From Candidatus Doudnabacteria bacterium RIFCSPHIGHO2_12_FULL_48_16 (lineage in GTDB: Bacteria > Patescibacteriota > Doudnabacteria > UBA920 > O2-02-FULL-48-8), in assembly GCA_001780035.1 (NCBI GenBank), contig MFEY01000007.1:262343-326342 (forward strand): a stretch of DNA of 64,000 nucleotides, read 5' to 3'. The notes beneath the pieces are model-generated. The model did not search any database and had not been told where the DNA came from. It saw nothing but the letters and a program-made list of their open reading frames with translations. Below, piece by piece: positions 35,443-44,111 of this stretch (position 1 is its first letter; every line of letters begins with the position of its first letter). The position numbers and the translations under genes are program-made.

Positions 35443-38079
35443 ATGCGAGACATCCCCACAACTTACGATCAAAAGCAGGAACCGGAAATTTATGCGGCTT
35501 GGGAAGATTCCGGCTACTTTAATCCGGACAATCTCTCTGGCGAGCCGTTTACGATTGTCATGCCGCCGCCCAATGCTACCGGCACTCTGCACATCGGCCA
35601 TGCCTTCGAAGCCTCCATCCAGGACACGGTCATCCGCTACAAGCGCATGCAAGGCTTCAAAACTTTGTGGCTGCCAGGCACGGATCACGCCGCCATTGCG
35701 ACCAATACCAAAGTGGAAAAAATCCTCCAGAAAGAAGAAGGCAAAAACCGCCATGACCTGGGCCGCGAAACGTTTGTCAAAAAAGTAGAGGACTATGTCA
35801 CGCTTAGCCGCGGCACGATCCAGAAGCAACTGCGCACGGTTGGGGTTTCTGCCGATTGGTCGCGGGAAGCATTTACGTTCGATGAACCCAGAAATCTCGC
35901 CGTTCGCACCGCCTTCAAAAAAATGTTTGATGCCGGGCTGATTTATCGCGGTATCCGGGTGATTAACTGGGATCCGAAAGGCCAGACTTCAGTTTCCGAT
36001 GATGAAGTTGTTTACAAGGCGGAAAAAGGCAAACTTTATACGTTCAAATACGCCAAGGATTTCCCGATTGCCATTGCCACCACTCGCCCCGAAACCAAAG
36101 TTGGCGATGTGGCGGTGGCCGTTAACCCGGCTGATAAGCGCTACACCAAATTTGTGGGCCAAGAATTCGATGTCGAATTTGCTGGCGCCAAACTGAAAAT
36201 AAAAATCGTCGCCGATGCGTCGATTGATCCGGAATTTGGCACCGGCGCTGTCGGCGTCACTCCCGCCCACAGTGTCGCGGATTTTGAGATTTCCCAGCGC
36301 CAGAACCTGCCCGCGCCTCAAATCATCAACGAATACGCAAAAATGATGGATTCCGCCGGGCCGCTCGTGGCTGGCAAAAAGACCAAAGAAGCCCGAGAAA
36401 TAATCGTGACTTGGCTAACGGAAAATAACTTATTAGAAAAAACCGAAGACATTGATCAAAACATCTCCACCGCCGAACGCAGCGGTGGAATTATTGAGCC
36501 GTTGCCGAAACTGCAGTGGTTTATTGATGTCAACAAAAAATTCCAGCATAACGGCCGCGAAGCCACCCTCAAGCAACTGATGCAAGACGCGGTCAAAAAA
36601 GATGGGATCAAAATTATGCCGGAACGGTTTGAAAAAGTTTATTTCCATTGGATTGACAATCTGCGGGACTGGAACATCAGCCGCCAACTGTGGTATGGCC
36701 ACCGCATCCCCGTGTGGTATTGTGAAAGTGGACATACCAAAGTTGACATTATTACACCGACTCTGTGTAAACAGTGCTCATCTGATACACCTGTATTTGG
36801 CACGCCGCACGATAAAGCAGAAAAACATTCTTCAATAATTGCGTATGTAGAAAATACTGATGGTAAAATTTTGACAATTAATTGGGGTAAGCTAGGTGGT
36901 AGGTTGCTTGTTGGAGGAGGTATTAGAGAAAATGAAGACCCCGTTGAGTGTGCAAGCAGGGAAATAACAGAGGAAACCGGATATGTAGACTTAGAACATG
37001 TTAGAACAATAAAATACTCTATAGTGAACAATTACTTTGCAGCAAGCAAAAATGTGTGGAAAAAGATCAACATCACAGCACTTCATTTTAGACTGAGAAC
37101 AAACAACCAAATTAAACAAAAGCTCGAAAAGAATGAACAAGGAAAATTTATTGTGGAGTGGGAAGACATCGAAGCACTTAGAAAAGAGATAAAAGACCCA
37201 GCTCATGCCTATATTCTTCGATTATTTGCAAATATACCCCACTCTCTGAAACAAGACGAGGACACTCTCGACACTTGGTTCTCCTCCGCGCTTTGGACGT
37301 TCTCAACTTTGGGCTGGCCCGCAGAAACTAAGGATCTCAAAACCTACCACCCAACTTCCCTTATGGCCCCGGGCTATGAAATCCTCTTTTTCTGGGTGGC
37401 CCGCATGATTTTGATGAGCACTTTTCTGCTCGATCAAATCCCGTTCAAATTGGTTTACCTGCACGGCATTGTTCGCGACGCCAAAGGCCAAAAATTCAGC
37501 AAGTCCCTGGATAACGGCGTGGATCCGGTGGGTGTGATCAATCAATACGGGGCCGATGCCCTGCGTATGGCTCTCATGGTCGGCGTGGGCGCGGGCAATG
37601 ACAGCAAGTTCGATATCCAACAGGTCAAAGGCTATCGCAACTTCGCCAACAAAATCTGGAACGCTAGTCGTTTTGTTTTACAAAACGCCTCAGATCTTCC
37701 TTCTCCCCTTGCGGGAGAAGGTGGCCGAAGGCCGGATGAGGGGTTACTCCCAGAGGACCAAGCCCTGCTCGACGAAGTCCAGACTCTCGCTAAATCCATC
37801 ACCGAAAAAATGGATCGATACGATTTCGCTCATGCCTCGGAAGATCTCTATCACTACTTCTGGCATAGCTTTGCGGACAAGACGATCGAGGCCGCCAAAG
37901 CTCGCTTGGCTAACCCGGAGACCAAAGAATCAACCCAACGGATGCTCAAAGAATCCCTGGAAACCCTGCTCAAACTCCTCCACCCCTTTGTCCCCTTTGT
38001 CACGGAAGCCATCTGGCAGCTGGAACACAAAAATTTATTGATGGTTGAAAAGTGGCCCGCCAAGCGCGAAAAAAAATAA
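35443..38079 (+). CDS. valS: valine--tRNA ligase carrying an in-frame Nudix-domain insertion
   Basis: 878 aa. HIGH (PPPNATGTLHIGHAF), KMSKS (KFSKS), WCISRQ-like DWNISRQ, and DTWFSS. Between IPVWYC and QDEDTLDTWFSS lies a ~170-aa AT-rich insertion with a canonical Nudix box. Confidence 0.9.
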   Translation: MRDIPTTYDQKQEPEIYAAWEDSGYFNPDNLSGEPFTIVMPPPNATGTLHIGHAFEASIQDTVIRYKRMQGFKTLWLPGTDHAAIATNTKVEKILQKEEGKNRHDLGRETFVKKVEDYVTLSRGTIQKQLRTVGVSADWSREAFTFDEPRNLAVRTAFKKMFDAGLIYRGIRVINWDPKGQTSVSDDEVVYKAEKGKLYTFKYAKDFPIAIATTRPETKVGDVAVAVNPADKRYTKFVGQEFDVEFAGAKLKIKIVADASIDPEFGTGAVGVTPAHSVADFEISQRQNLPAPQIINEYAKMMDSAGPLVAGKKTKEAREIIVTWLTENNLLEKTEDIDQNISTAERSGGIIEPLPKLQWFIDVNKKFQHNGREATLKQLMQDAVKKDGIKIMPERFEKVYFHWIDNLRDWNISRQLWYGHRIPVWYCESGHTKVDIITPTLCKQCSSDTPVFGTPHDKAEKHSSIIAYVENTDGKILTINWGKLGGRLLVGGGIRENEDPVECASREITEETGYVDLEHVRTIKYSIVNNYFAASKNVWKKINITALHFRLRTNNQIKQKLEKNEQGKFIVEWEDIEALRKEIKDPAHAYILRLFANIPHSLKQDEDTLDTWFSSALWTFSTLGWPAETKDLKTYHPTSLMAPGYEILFFWVARMILMSTFLLDQIPFKLVYLHGIVRDAKGQKFSKSLDNGVDPVGVINQYGADALRMALMVGVGAGNDSKFDIQQVKGYRNFANKIWNASRFVLQNASDLPSPLAGEGGRRPDEGLLPEDQALLDEVQTLAKSITEKMDRYDFAHASEDLYHYFWHSFADKTIEAAKARLANPETKESTQRMLKESLETLLKLLHPFVPFVTEAIWQLEHKNLLMVEKWPAKREKK
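36721..37250 (+). other. Nudix hydrolase domain inserted in-frame within valS (Nudix box GGGIRENEDPVECASREITEETGY)
   Basis: GX5EX7REUXEEXGU signature. The segment is much more AT-rich than the rest of valS. Confidence 0.6.
37699..37747. repeat. hairpin repeat B (CCTTCTCCC-cttgc-GGGAGAAGG + GGCC-gaa-GGCC + GGATGAGGGGTTA) embedded in-frame in valS (encodes ...LPSPLAGEGGRRPDEGLL...)
   Basis: Same family as the DUF559-flanking hairpins. Confidence 0.55.
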
Positions 38080-38170
38080 TCATCGTAACTTAATTCGGGA
38101 TTGCGCAAACAAAAAAGAACCTCGCGGCTCTTTTAAATTTATTATTTATAATCTAAAATTTATAATTTCT

Positions 38171-38710
38171 CTATTTAAACCTCACTGGGACGGCAAACGC
38201 GGCGTCGAATTGCGGATCGCCGCTGGGATTATCCTTGTTGATGATCAGGACGCCAAAGTCCGTTGTGGGGGTGGCAAATTCCAGGGTGCCGGAAAACGGC
38301 ACGTAATCTTCCGTCATCCAATTCACCTGTCCGCCAAAGGCGGATCCGCCTCCGGCGGAAAAACCTTTCTGAGCCAAGACGAGGCCGTTTTGGTCCTTGA
38401 GTGTGACCGGGATGTTGGCTTCAAAAAACCAACTGCCGCGCGCTGAACCGGAGACACTAAGCGGGCTGGTCACCAGAGCGCCATATTCGGGCAGGTCCAC
38501 CACCACTTCCGGTTCCTGGTTCACGTCTTCCGCGAAAGTCTGGCCGTTGATCGTGCAGACCACCGGATCGCCATCGGTCAGAGTGCCGCCGGCCTGCTGG
38601 CAGGTGGCAAAATCCGTCGCTTCCGGGGCCATGGCCCGCTTTCTGGGCACCAAAAAAATCACAGCAGCGCCGAGGACGACCAGAATCAAAATTTGCCAAT
38701 AACGGTTCAT
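38171..38710 (-). CDS. secreted protein with Gmad2/Ig-like domain
   Basis: 179 aa with a signal peptide. ...GSWFFEANIPVTLKDQNG... Confidence 0.5.
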   Translation of the reverse strand: MNRYWQILILVVLGAAVIFLVPRKRAMAPEATDFATCQQAGGTLTDGDPVVCTINGQTFAEDVNQEPEVVVDLPEYGALVTSPLSVSGSARGSWFFEANIPVTLKDQNGLVLAQKGFSAGGGSAFGGQVNWMTEDYVPFSGTLEFATPTTDFGVLIINKDNPSGDPQFDAAFAVPVRFK

Positions 38711-38752
38711 AAATGCAGTATAGGAAGTAAAAAATAATTAGTAAAGAGTGTG

Positions 38753-38998
38753 TTAATGAGCCTTAATTAAGGCCAATTTTTGCGCGCGAGACAAGCTTTT
38801 GATCCCTGCTTCGGCGCGCGAAGCAGTCGACCGATTGCGGAATCGGCGACTATAAATCAATTTCACCGGGCGGCGGGCGCGGGTGTATTTGGCGCCCAGC
38901 GCGGAAGAGTTGTGCTGCCACAGCCGCTTGGCCAGATCCACGCAAATCCCGGTATACAAACTGCGATCCGCGCATTTGAGGATATAAAGATAATACAT
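38753..38998 (-). CDS. GIY-YIG nuclease family protein (UPF0213-like)
   Basis: MYYLYILKCADRSLYTGICVDLAKRLWQH. Confidence 0.75.
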   Translation of the reverse strand: MYYLYILKCADRSLYTGICVDLAKRLWQHNSSALGAKYTRARRPVKLIYSRRFRNRSTASRAEAGIKSLSRAQKLALIKAH

Positions 38999-39000
38999 TT

Positions 39001-39291
39001 CTACAATTTATTCATCCACAAGCCCACCGCCACGCAATGCTGGCAGAATAAATTTTTCCGGTTCGAGCAGGTGCACTTAAATTTAAACCCGGTCGGCGTG
39101 GAGGCTAATTCCACGGTTCGCTTCTCCCCCCGGCCATGCTGGACGTGGGCCACAATGTTGAAAGTGTTTTGCTCCACAATCTTCACGTCTTCGTCAGCGG
39201 CGATGGCCTGACCATAACGAAAATATGACCGGCTGGCCAAATCTTTCACCAATTCTGCAGTCACCAACGTCCTAAGTGGAATCATTTTCAT
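39001..39291 (-). CDS. SWIM zinc-finger protein
   Basis: C-x-C-x7-C-x-H (CTCSNRKNLFCQH). 2 nt from the GIY-YIG gene. Confidence 0.55.
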   Translation of the reverse strand: MKMIPLRTLVTAELVKDLASRSYFRYGQAIAADEDVKIVEQNTFNIVAHVQHGRGEKRTVELASTPTGFKFKCTCSNRKNLFCQHCVAVGLWMNKL

Positions 39292-39301
39292 AATTTATAA
39301 T

Positions 39302-39967
39302 CTATTTGCCTTTGGACAGGACCAACAGGATCTTGCGCGATGGCTCCATCCGCCGATCCGCTTGGTTCCAATCGGCGGCCGCCTGCCGGAGCGTCTCAAA
39401 CGAATAGACATTGCCATCGCCGGAATCAGTGCCCGGATCATTGACAATGATGCCGTGGTCGTCAAAGCCCCGCAGCACGATCATGTGGTAGAACGGCCCG
39501 GCCTCCTGATACTTCGGATTGCCCAGCAGCCGAGCGTTGATCGGCAGTAAAATCGGATGGCCCTGAATCAATTCGCGCTTCAAATCCTGCTCGGTGAAAT
39601 CCTTAATTTGTTTGACCTGCAGGCCAAACGCGCCCTGTGCCATCCTGGTCGTGGCATCTGCCCCGGTATCGGCATTGTAGCCCAAATTGGCCTGCTCCCA
39701 TTTTTTCAGCAGATCAATCGAGGCTTGCGAAGCCATCGCCGGTAGCTTGTCGACCGTTTGGCCGTTGAGGTAAGCATTGGCCATGGTGATGCTGGTTTCT
39801 TCGCAATCCTCGTTGCGATCCCAGTTGTTATTGGGCGCCTGCGAGGTAAACGGCACGTGCAAAATCACGGACCGCAGCGGCGGGTCGATCTTGCTCATGA
39901 CAAACACCACGGCCAAAGCCAGGGCGATCAGACCGGATGCCAGCAGAGTTTTTTCGGTTTCAATCAT
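39302..39967 (-). CDS. membrane-anchored papain-like (C39-like) cysteine peptidase domain protein
   Basis: Likely start MIETEK.... TM anchor, ...NEDCEETSI... and ...FYHMIVLRGFDDHGIIVNDPG.... The track ORF extends to 40072 but overlaps the next gene. Confidence 0.5.
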   Translation of the reverse strand: MIETEKTLLASGLIALALAVVFVMSKIDPPLRSVILHVPFTSQAPNNNWDRNEDCEETSITMANAYLNGQTVDKLPAMASQASIDLLKKWEQANLGYNADTGADATTRMAQGAFGLQVKQIKDFTEQDLKRELIQGHPILLPINARLLGNPKYQEAGPFYHMIVLRGFDDHGIIVNDPGTDSGDGNVYSFETLRQAAADWNQADRRMEPSRKILLVLSKGK

Positions 39968-39972
39968 AAAAT

Positions 39973-40215
39973 TTATTTTTTGACCACTACGATGGTGCAA
40001 TTGGTCAACATCGCCGCAATCGCCCCCACCGCAGCCAGGGCCGGGGCCAAAACCGCCCCAACCGCGCCCCAAGTCAGAGGAATTTCCAAAATACTCTCCC
40101 CGGCTTCATTTTTGATAATAATTTTGCGGGCATTGCCAGCTTGGATCAGTTCTTTGACTTTCGCCTTCACATCCGCCCCGGTAACTTTGAACTCTTCTTG
40201 TTGTTCTTCGGTCAT
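39973..40215 (-). CDS. small hypothetical protein (80 aa, DUF4342-like)
   Basis: MTEEQQEEFKVTGADVKAKVKELIQAGNARKIIIKNEAGESILEIPLTWGAVGAVLAPALAAVGAIAAMLT. Confidence 0.45.
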   Translation of the reverse strand: MTEEQQEEFKVTGADVKAKVKELIQAGNARKIIIKNEAGESILEIPLTWGAVGAVLAPALAAVGAIAAMLTNCTIVVVKK

Positions 40216-40259
40216 AAATTTATGGATTAATGACTAATGACATTATACACTAAAACGAT

Positions 40260-40291
40260 AAACGCCCCATACGGGTGTGGGGTGTTTAAAA
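40260..40291. repeat. left copy of a ~32-nt direct repeat (AAACGCCCCATACGGGTGTGGGGTGTTTAAAA) bounding the AT-rich methyltransferase islet
   Basis: About 30/33 identity with 43142-43174. Contains a G/C hairpin. Confidence 0.6.
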
Positions 40292-40413
40292 CCAATAAAA
40301 TCAAGGCAATCCTGAACGGGATTCAGGATCTCTTGTAGATCACACTCAGATATCAACCATGTTGGCTTAACTGGGTTGTCAAAATTTCCTTAACAGTATA
40401 AACTCCAGCTATT

Positions 40414-41037
40414 ATGGCTGAAGTTCAGAAACATGGGTTTGTCTTCGAAGAGTGGGTGAAAGAAATTTTTAAGGTAGCCCATCTAGCTTACAAATACACC
40501 CAAGCGTGGGATATACCAGGAAAAATTCACACGAGCATTAAAACCGTAGGAGTTAAAAAATCGGTTGAATTTGGAAGTACGGTAAGAATTTGGAAAGCTA
40601 CCAAATCATTTATACTTATAGTGGGTCGATGGGAGCAAATAGAAAAACGAAAAAAATTTATAAGTATTGATGAAGTGAAAGTTACTCCGGCTATCCTGAA
40701 AAAAATGAAGGGCAATATTTCTTTAAATGAAATAATAAAATTTGATAAAAAAATAAGATCTTTTCCCGCAGGAAAAAAAGGCCAGCAACTAGGTAGTAAA
40801 TTCGCGGCACAATGGAAAGCCGAAAGAAAACACCGAATGGGCTTATTAAATATCTCTGCTAAATTAGACAGTAAAAATCAAAGACGGATTCAATGCAATC
40901 TAAACTATAAAAACTACAGGCAGATATTCGGCGAGCCTTGTATGAAAACTGTGCTGCGTAATAAAAAATTTACGGTTGAAATGAACCATGGCCCAAGGAT
41001 TTTTAAGAAAAAATCAAACCTGAACCTTAAAGCTTAA
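40414..41037 (+). CDS. hypothetical Lys-rich protein (207 aa); candidate restriction endonuclease partner of the adjacent methyltransferase
   Basis: Convergent with, and overlapping by 24 nt, the MTase gene. AT-rich. Possible D...(ID-EVK) PD-(D/E)xK-like residues, not conclusive. Confidence 0.45.
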   Translation: MAEVQKHGFVFEEWVKEIFKVAHLAYKYTQAWDIPGKIHTSIKTVGVKKSVEFGSTVRIWKATKSFILIVGRWEQIEKRKKFISIDEVKVTPAILKKMKGNISLNEIIKFDKKIRSFPAGKKGQQLGSKFAAQWKAERKHRMGLLNISAKLDSKNQRRIQCNLNYKNYRQIFGEPCMKTVLRNKKFTVEMNHGPRIFKKKSNLNLKA

Positions 41038-42144
41038 GATATCTTCTTTTTTGATTGACTTACTTCCGACGCGGGAAGTAATGTGTTTGAAATAGTCAAC
41101 TTTATTATTTATAGCGCTGCAGATCGCCTCTTTGATCTGTTTATTTTTTTTGTATTGCTCTTTGACATCAAACACGTAAAACATATCATTGATGACGTCT
41201 TTTTTAATATTTATAAGGCCGGTTTTGCCCACGCTGCTATTCCCCACTCGGACGACTGCAATTCTATAGTCTTCTACAGAAATACCCTTGGGGATTTTAG
41301 TCCGCTCTAAAATATTACTGGCGGAAATATTGTTAGAACTAAACGATTTTTGCGCTTTAATGCTTTTATGATCTAAAAAATTGTCCAAGGGAACCCCGGT
41401 TCGATTTTGGGCGTTTCCTTTGGTTTTGTGAAAAACAATCTGCGGTATTAATTCTTCATGAATGCCGGAAATATCATACATCTCTTGATTGGCTTCTCCA
41501 TTTTCATAAATTAAGACAATTTTATTTTTTAATTCTTTACTATTCGTAAAAATCGCAAAGCAGCATGGAATATTGCGGTCAAACCATACTTGATCATTTT
41601 GATAAACAACCACTGTCGAAAAGTGTTCAACTAACTGTTCTTTTACGGAGCGGTTCTTATTTTTTATAAAAAACGAAATGGGCAAAACAAAACCAATCGA
41701 AGAATCTTTGTCCTTTAAGTGTTTAAGCGACTTTAAGATAAACACGTTTTCAATTTTTTCTTTCGATTTTTTGAGTTCAGATTTTGTTAAGTAAAGAATC
41801 GGTGAAATTTTAGAAAAAAAATATTTTTTAGGATCAAAGTAACTCTCTTTGAGATTAAATTTGCTGAACGGCGGGTTGCCAATAATAAGATCAAACTTCT
41901 TATCAAGAGACAGTTTAAAAAAATCTAATGGCTTATTCGTCAATTCTGAGTCAATTTCACACCCCTCAATATTTGCAAAACCATTCTTACGTAAAATATT
42001 GATGAAATTACCGGTGCCAAATGATGGCTCTAAAATTTGAGCTTGTTTTGAATATTTTTTAAAGCGCGCTAGAAAATCAACTAGTCTTTCAACTATCTCG
42101 ATTTTGGTAAAATATTGACCTAAAACTTCTTGTTTATTTTTCAT
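41014..42144 (-). CDS. gamma-class N6-adenine DNA methyltransferase (TaqI/Eco57I-like), type II
   Basis: 376 aa. Motif I ILEPSFGTGNF, then motif IV DLIIGNPPF, and a C-terminal TRD. Confidence 0.8.
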   Translation of the reverse strand: MKNKQEVLGQYFTKIEIVERLVDFLARFKKYSKQAQILEPSFGTGNFINILRKNGFANIEGCEIDSELTNKPLDFFKLSLDKKFDLIIGNPPFSKFNLKESYFDPKKYFFSKISPILYLTKSELKKSKEKIENVFILKSLKHLKDKDSSIGFVLPISFFIKNKNRSVKEQLVEHFSTVVVYQNDQVWFDRNIPCCFAIFTNSKELKNKIVLIYENGEANQEMYDISGIHEELIPQIVFHKTKGNAQNRTGVPLDNFLDHKSIKAQKSFSSNNISASNILERTKIPKGISVEDYRIAVVRVGNSSVGKTGLINIKKDVINDMFYVFDVKEQYKKNKQIKEAICSAINNKVDYFKHITSRVGSKSIKKEDILSFKVQV

Positions 42145-42172
42145 AACACTGAAATTATAACAGTAAAATAGG

Positions 42173-42203
42173 AATAAAAATAGCGGCTTTTTGCCGCTTT
42201 TAA
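42173..42203 (-). terminator. terminator of the HAD gene (GCGGC-aaaaa-GCCGC + T-run on the minus strand)
   Basis: Seen in sequence. Confidence 0.5.
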
Positions 42204-42263
42204 GTTATTCACAATGTTAAATATATTATACTCTCTTCAGCCAAAAAGTCAAATTTCGATCTA

Positions 42264-43097
42264 TTATTTGGAAACCGCCAGGTTATAAGTAGCCAGCATT
42301 TTCTTTAGAACCAATTTGATTTGCTTGTCCAGAGGACTTCCATTGCGGTAGTCGGCCGGGGTGACAAAATTGACTCGGTGCACTTTCAATAAACCTCTGG
42401 CTTGAGGTTTTTTCTTTTGCGAGCCGGGTTTGTATACCGCAATTGAATATCCGCCCTGTTCTTTGACCAGTTTCATGCAGGGAATATCGGTATCGCCATC
42501 GCCGATATAAACCATTCGAGAAAACGGTATTGGTCTTTCCGCTTCCGGAAGATAGGAATTTATTTTGGTATTGTCGGAAGGGTCAAGCAGGCCCTTGTTT
42601 ATGCGAAAGAGGCATTGTGTCTTAGTGGTGTAATTTAGCGCATGCGCCGGCCAAATGGCTCTGCCGTATTGATCATAAATGAAGGAAGAGGCATAAATGT
42701 ATTTAAACTCCTTGCTGATTTCGCTGCCGAGGATCATCTCCTTTATACCGGAAGATATTATATAATGTTCGCATTTTATTCCATGCGTTCTGGCATACTG
42801 GTTTATCCGCTTAAACCAAGATTTAACGCCTTTGAACAATTTTAAATTTTTACCGAAATTCTTGAAGGCCTTGGACGTAACCTGTACACCATTTTGCCTT
42901 GTAGCCTTTTCAAGCATCAGATGCATATAGGTCAATATCTCGTCTGCTTTTTGCTCTTTGGCGAGCTTCTTTGCTTCAGCCCAAAAATTCTTCGGTGTAA
43001 TTTTTAACTCCTGGATATATCCGTATTCTTGCATACTTTTCGGAGACAAAGTTCCGTCAAAATCATAGCAGATTGCAATTGTTGGCCGCTTTTTCAT
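42264..43097 (-). CDS. HAD-superfamily hydrolase
   Basis: 277 aa. Motif I AICYDFDGTLSP, motif IV YIGDGDTDIPC. AT-rich like its two neighbours. Confidence 0.65.
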   Translation of the reverse strand: MKKRPTIAICYDFDGTLSPKSMQEYGYIQELKITPKNFWAEAKKLAKEQKADEILTYMHLMLEKATRQNGVQVTSKAFKNFGKNLKLFKGVKSWFKRINQYARTHGIKCEHYIISSGIKEMILGSEISKEFKYIYASSFIYDQYGRAIWPAHALNYTTKTQCLFRINKGLLDPSDNTKINSYLPEAERPIPFSRMVYIGDGDTDIPCMKLVKEQGGYSIAVYKPGSQKKKPQARGLLKVHRVNFVTPADYRNGSPLDKQIKLVLKKMLATYNLAVSK

Positions 43098-43141
43098 AAG
43101 CTTATGATGCCACTAATCAACGACTAAAGCAAACCAAAATT

Positions 43142-43174
43142 AAACACCCCAGACGGGGTGTGGGGTGTTAAAAA
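43142..43174. repeat. right copy of the direct repeat (AAACACCCCAGACGGGGTGTGGGGTGTTAAAAA)
   Basis: See 40260-40291. Confidence 0.6.
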
Positions 43175-43207
43175 TGCCGGAAACGCAGGCAAAAAGCAAT
43201 GTATTGC

Positions 43208-43320
43208 TTGACAATTAGGCAACGCTTGCGATATACTATCTTTAGATTTCGATTTGGAATCAAGAAAAAGGTCTTCGGCCGTAGTTTATATACTACAACC
43301 TGGCGGAAGGTCTTTTTTTT
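43208..43320 (+). ncRNA. candidate small RNA: TTGACA-18-TATACT promoter, a ~76-nt transcript and a T8 terminator
   Basis: No ORF or RBS. Stem-loops GTAGT-ttatat-ACTAC and flanking GC pairs precede TTTTTTTT (43313-20). Confidence 0.3.
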
Positions 43321-43439
43321 ATACTAAATCTTCAGGGAAGACTGATATAAAAAAATAAATAACGGCCTTTTGCCGCTTGATTTGATATTCAGATTAATAT
43401 AATTATACTCCCATTTCGAAAAATTGTCAAATTTTACCC

Positions 43440-43473
43440 AAAAAACGAAGGGTTGCGCACACAGGCGCAACCC
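43440..43473 (-). terminator. terminator of the 43486..44076 gene (9-bp perfect stem GGGTTGCGC/GCGCAACCC + T-run on the minus strand)
   Basis: Seen in sequence. Confidence 0.6.
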
Positions 43474-43485
43474 TCAGACAGACGG

Positions 43486-44076
43486 TTACTGGAGGAACTT
43501 CTGGCCAATCGAGGGGTTGGGGGCAATCCCCCTCTCCGCGAGCTGCCGCCCGGCCCGCTCGCTGCCCCGCATCCATCGTTCGTAGACGCGCAAAACGTCC
43601 TGGCTGGTCCGCAGGCCCGATTGCTCGCTGACCGCGGTAAAGACGTCCATGAACGGCACGAACTTGCCGGCCAGCTCGGAGAAGACCTCGCTGAAGACAT
43701 CTTCTTCGCGCCGACCAAGGAAGCCGTAGGCATATTGGCCCATTGATATGTAATAATCAATGTCGACCACGCGCCGCCGGAAACTGTCGGAGAAGAATCC
43801 GGCCATGAACAGCGAGAAGTCGCCAAGGTTCCGCAGGCGGACGTGCTGCTCGAGTCCGCCGCTCTCAAGCGCGCGGCCCAGGCGCAGCGCCAGGGGTTGG
43901 CCCGCGTCCTCGATGAAGGGGATGCGCTGATCAGGCCGCAGAAAGCGGCAGAGCAGATCAACCAGGTAGTAGCGCGTCAGTTCGTCAGCCGGCACCTGCT
44001 CGCGCCGCAGAGCTTCGTCGATCTGGTCTTTGAAAAACAGGGTCGGCGGGTCAGCTCTCACCAAACATTCATCCAT
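43486..44076 (-). CDS. hypothetical protein (196 aa), GC-rich
   Basis: GGAGGAG RBS. No recognisable motifs. Confidence 0.5.
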   Translation of the reverse strand: MDECLVRADPPTLFFKDQIDEALRREQVPADELTRYYLVDLLCRFLRPDQRIPFIEDAGQPLALRLGRALESGGLEQHVRLRNLGDFSLFMAGFFSDSFRRRVVDIDYYISMGQYAYGFLGRREEDVFSEVFSELAGKFVPFMDVFTAVSEQSGLRTSQDVLRVYERWMRGSERAGRQLAERGIAPNPSIGQKFLQ

Positions 44077-44111
44077 TTAGGCTCCTCCGCTCTAATCTTA
44101 GGACCATCTTA

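Noticed and set aside
36721-37250. Intein in valS
   Set aside because: The insertion lacks intein hallmarks: no Cys/Ser/Thr at the N-junction and no C-terminal HN followed by Cys/Ser/Thr. Instead it has a complete Nudix box, so a domain insertion is the better reading.
40260-43174. Integrase or transposase associated with the islands or the MITE-like repeats
   Set aside because: None of the ORFs in or near these regions shows integrase (R..HxxR..Y) or DDE transposase signatures. Mobility is inferred only from the repeats and composition.
43434-43961. Alternative-frame ORF 43434..43961 (-) overlapping 43486..44076 (-)
   Set aside because: The 43486..44076 frame has a GGAGGAG RBS, and a terminator follows its stop. 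The other frame runs through that terminator hairpin.
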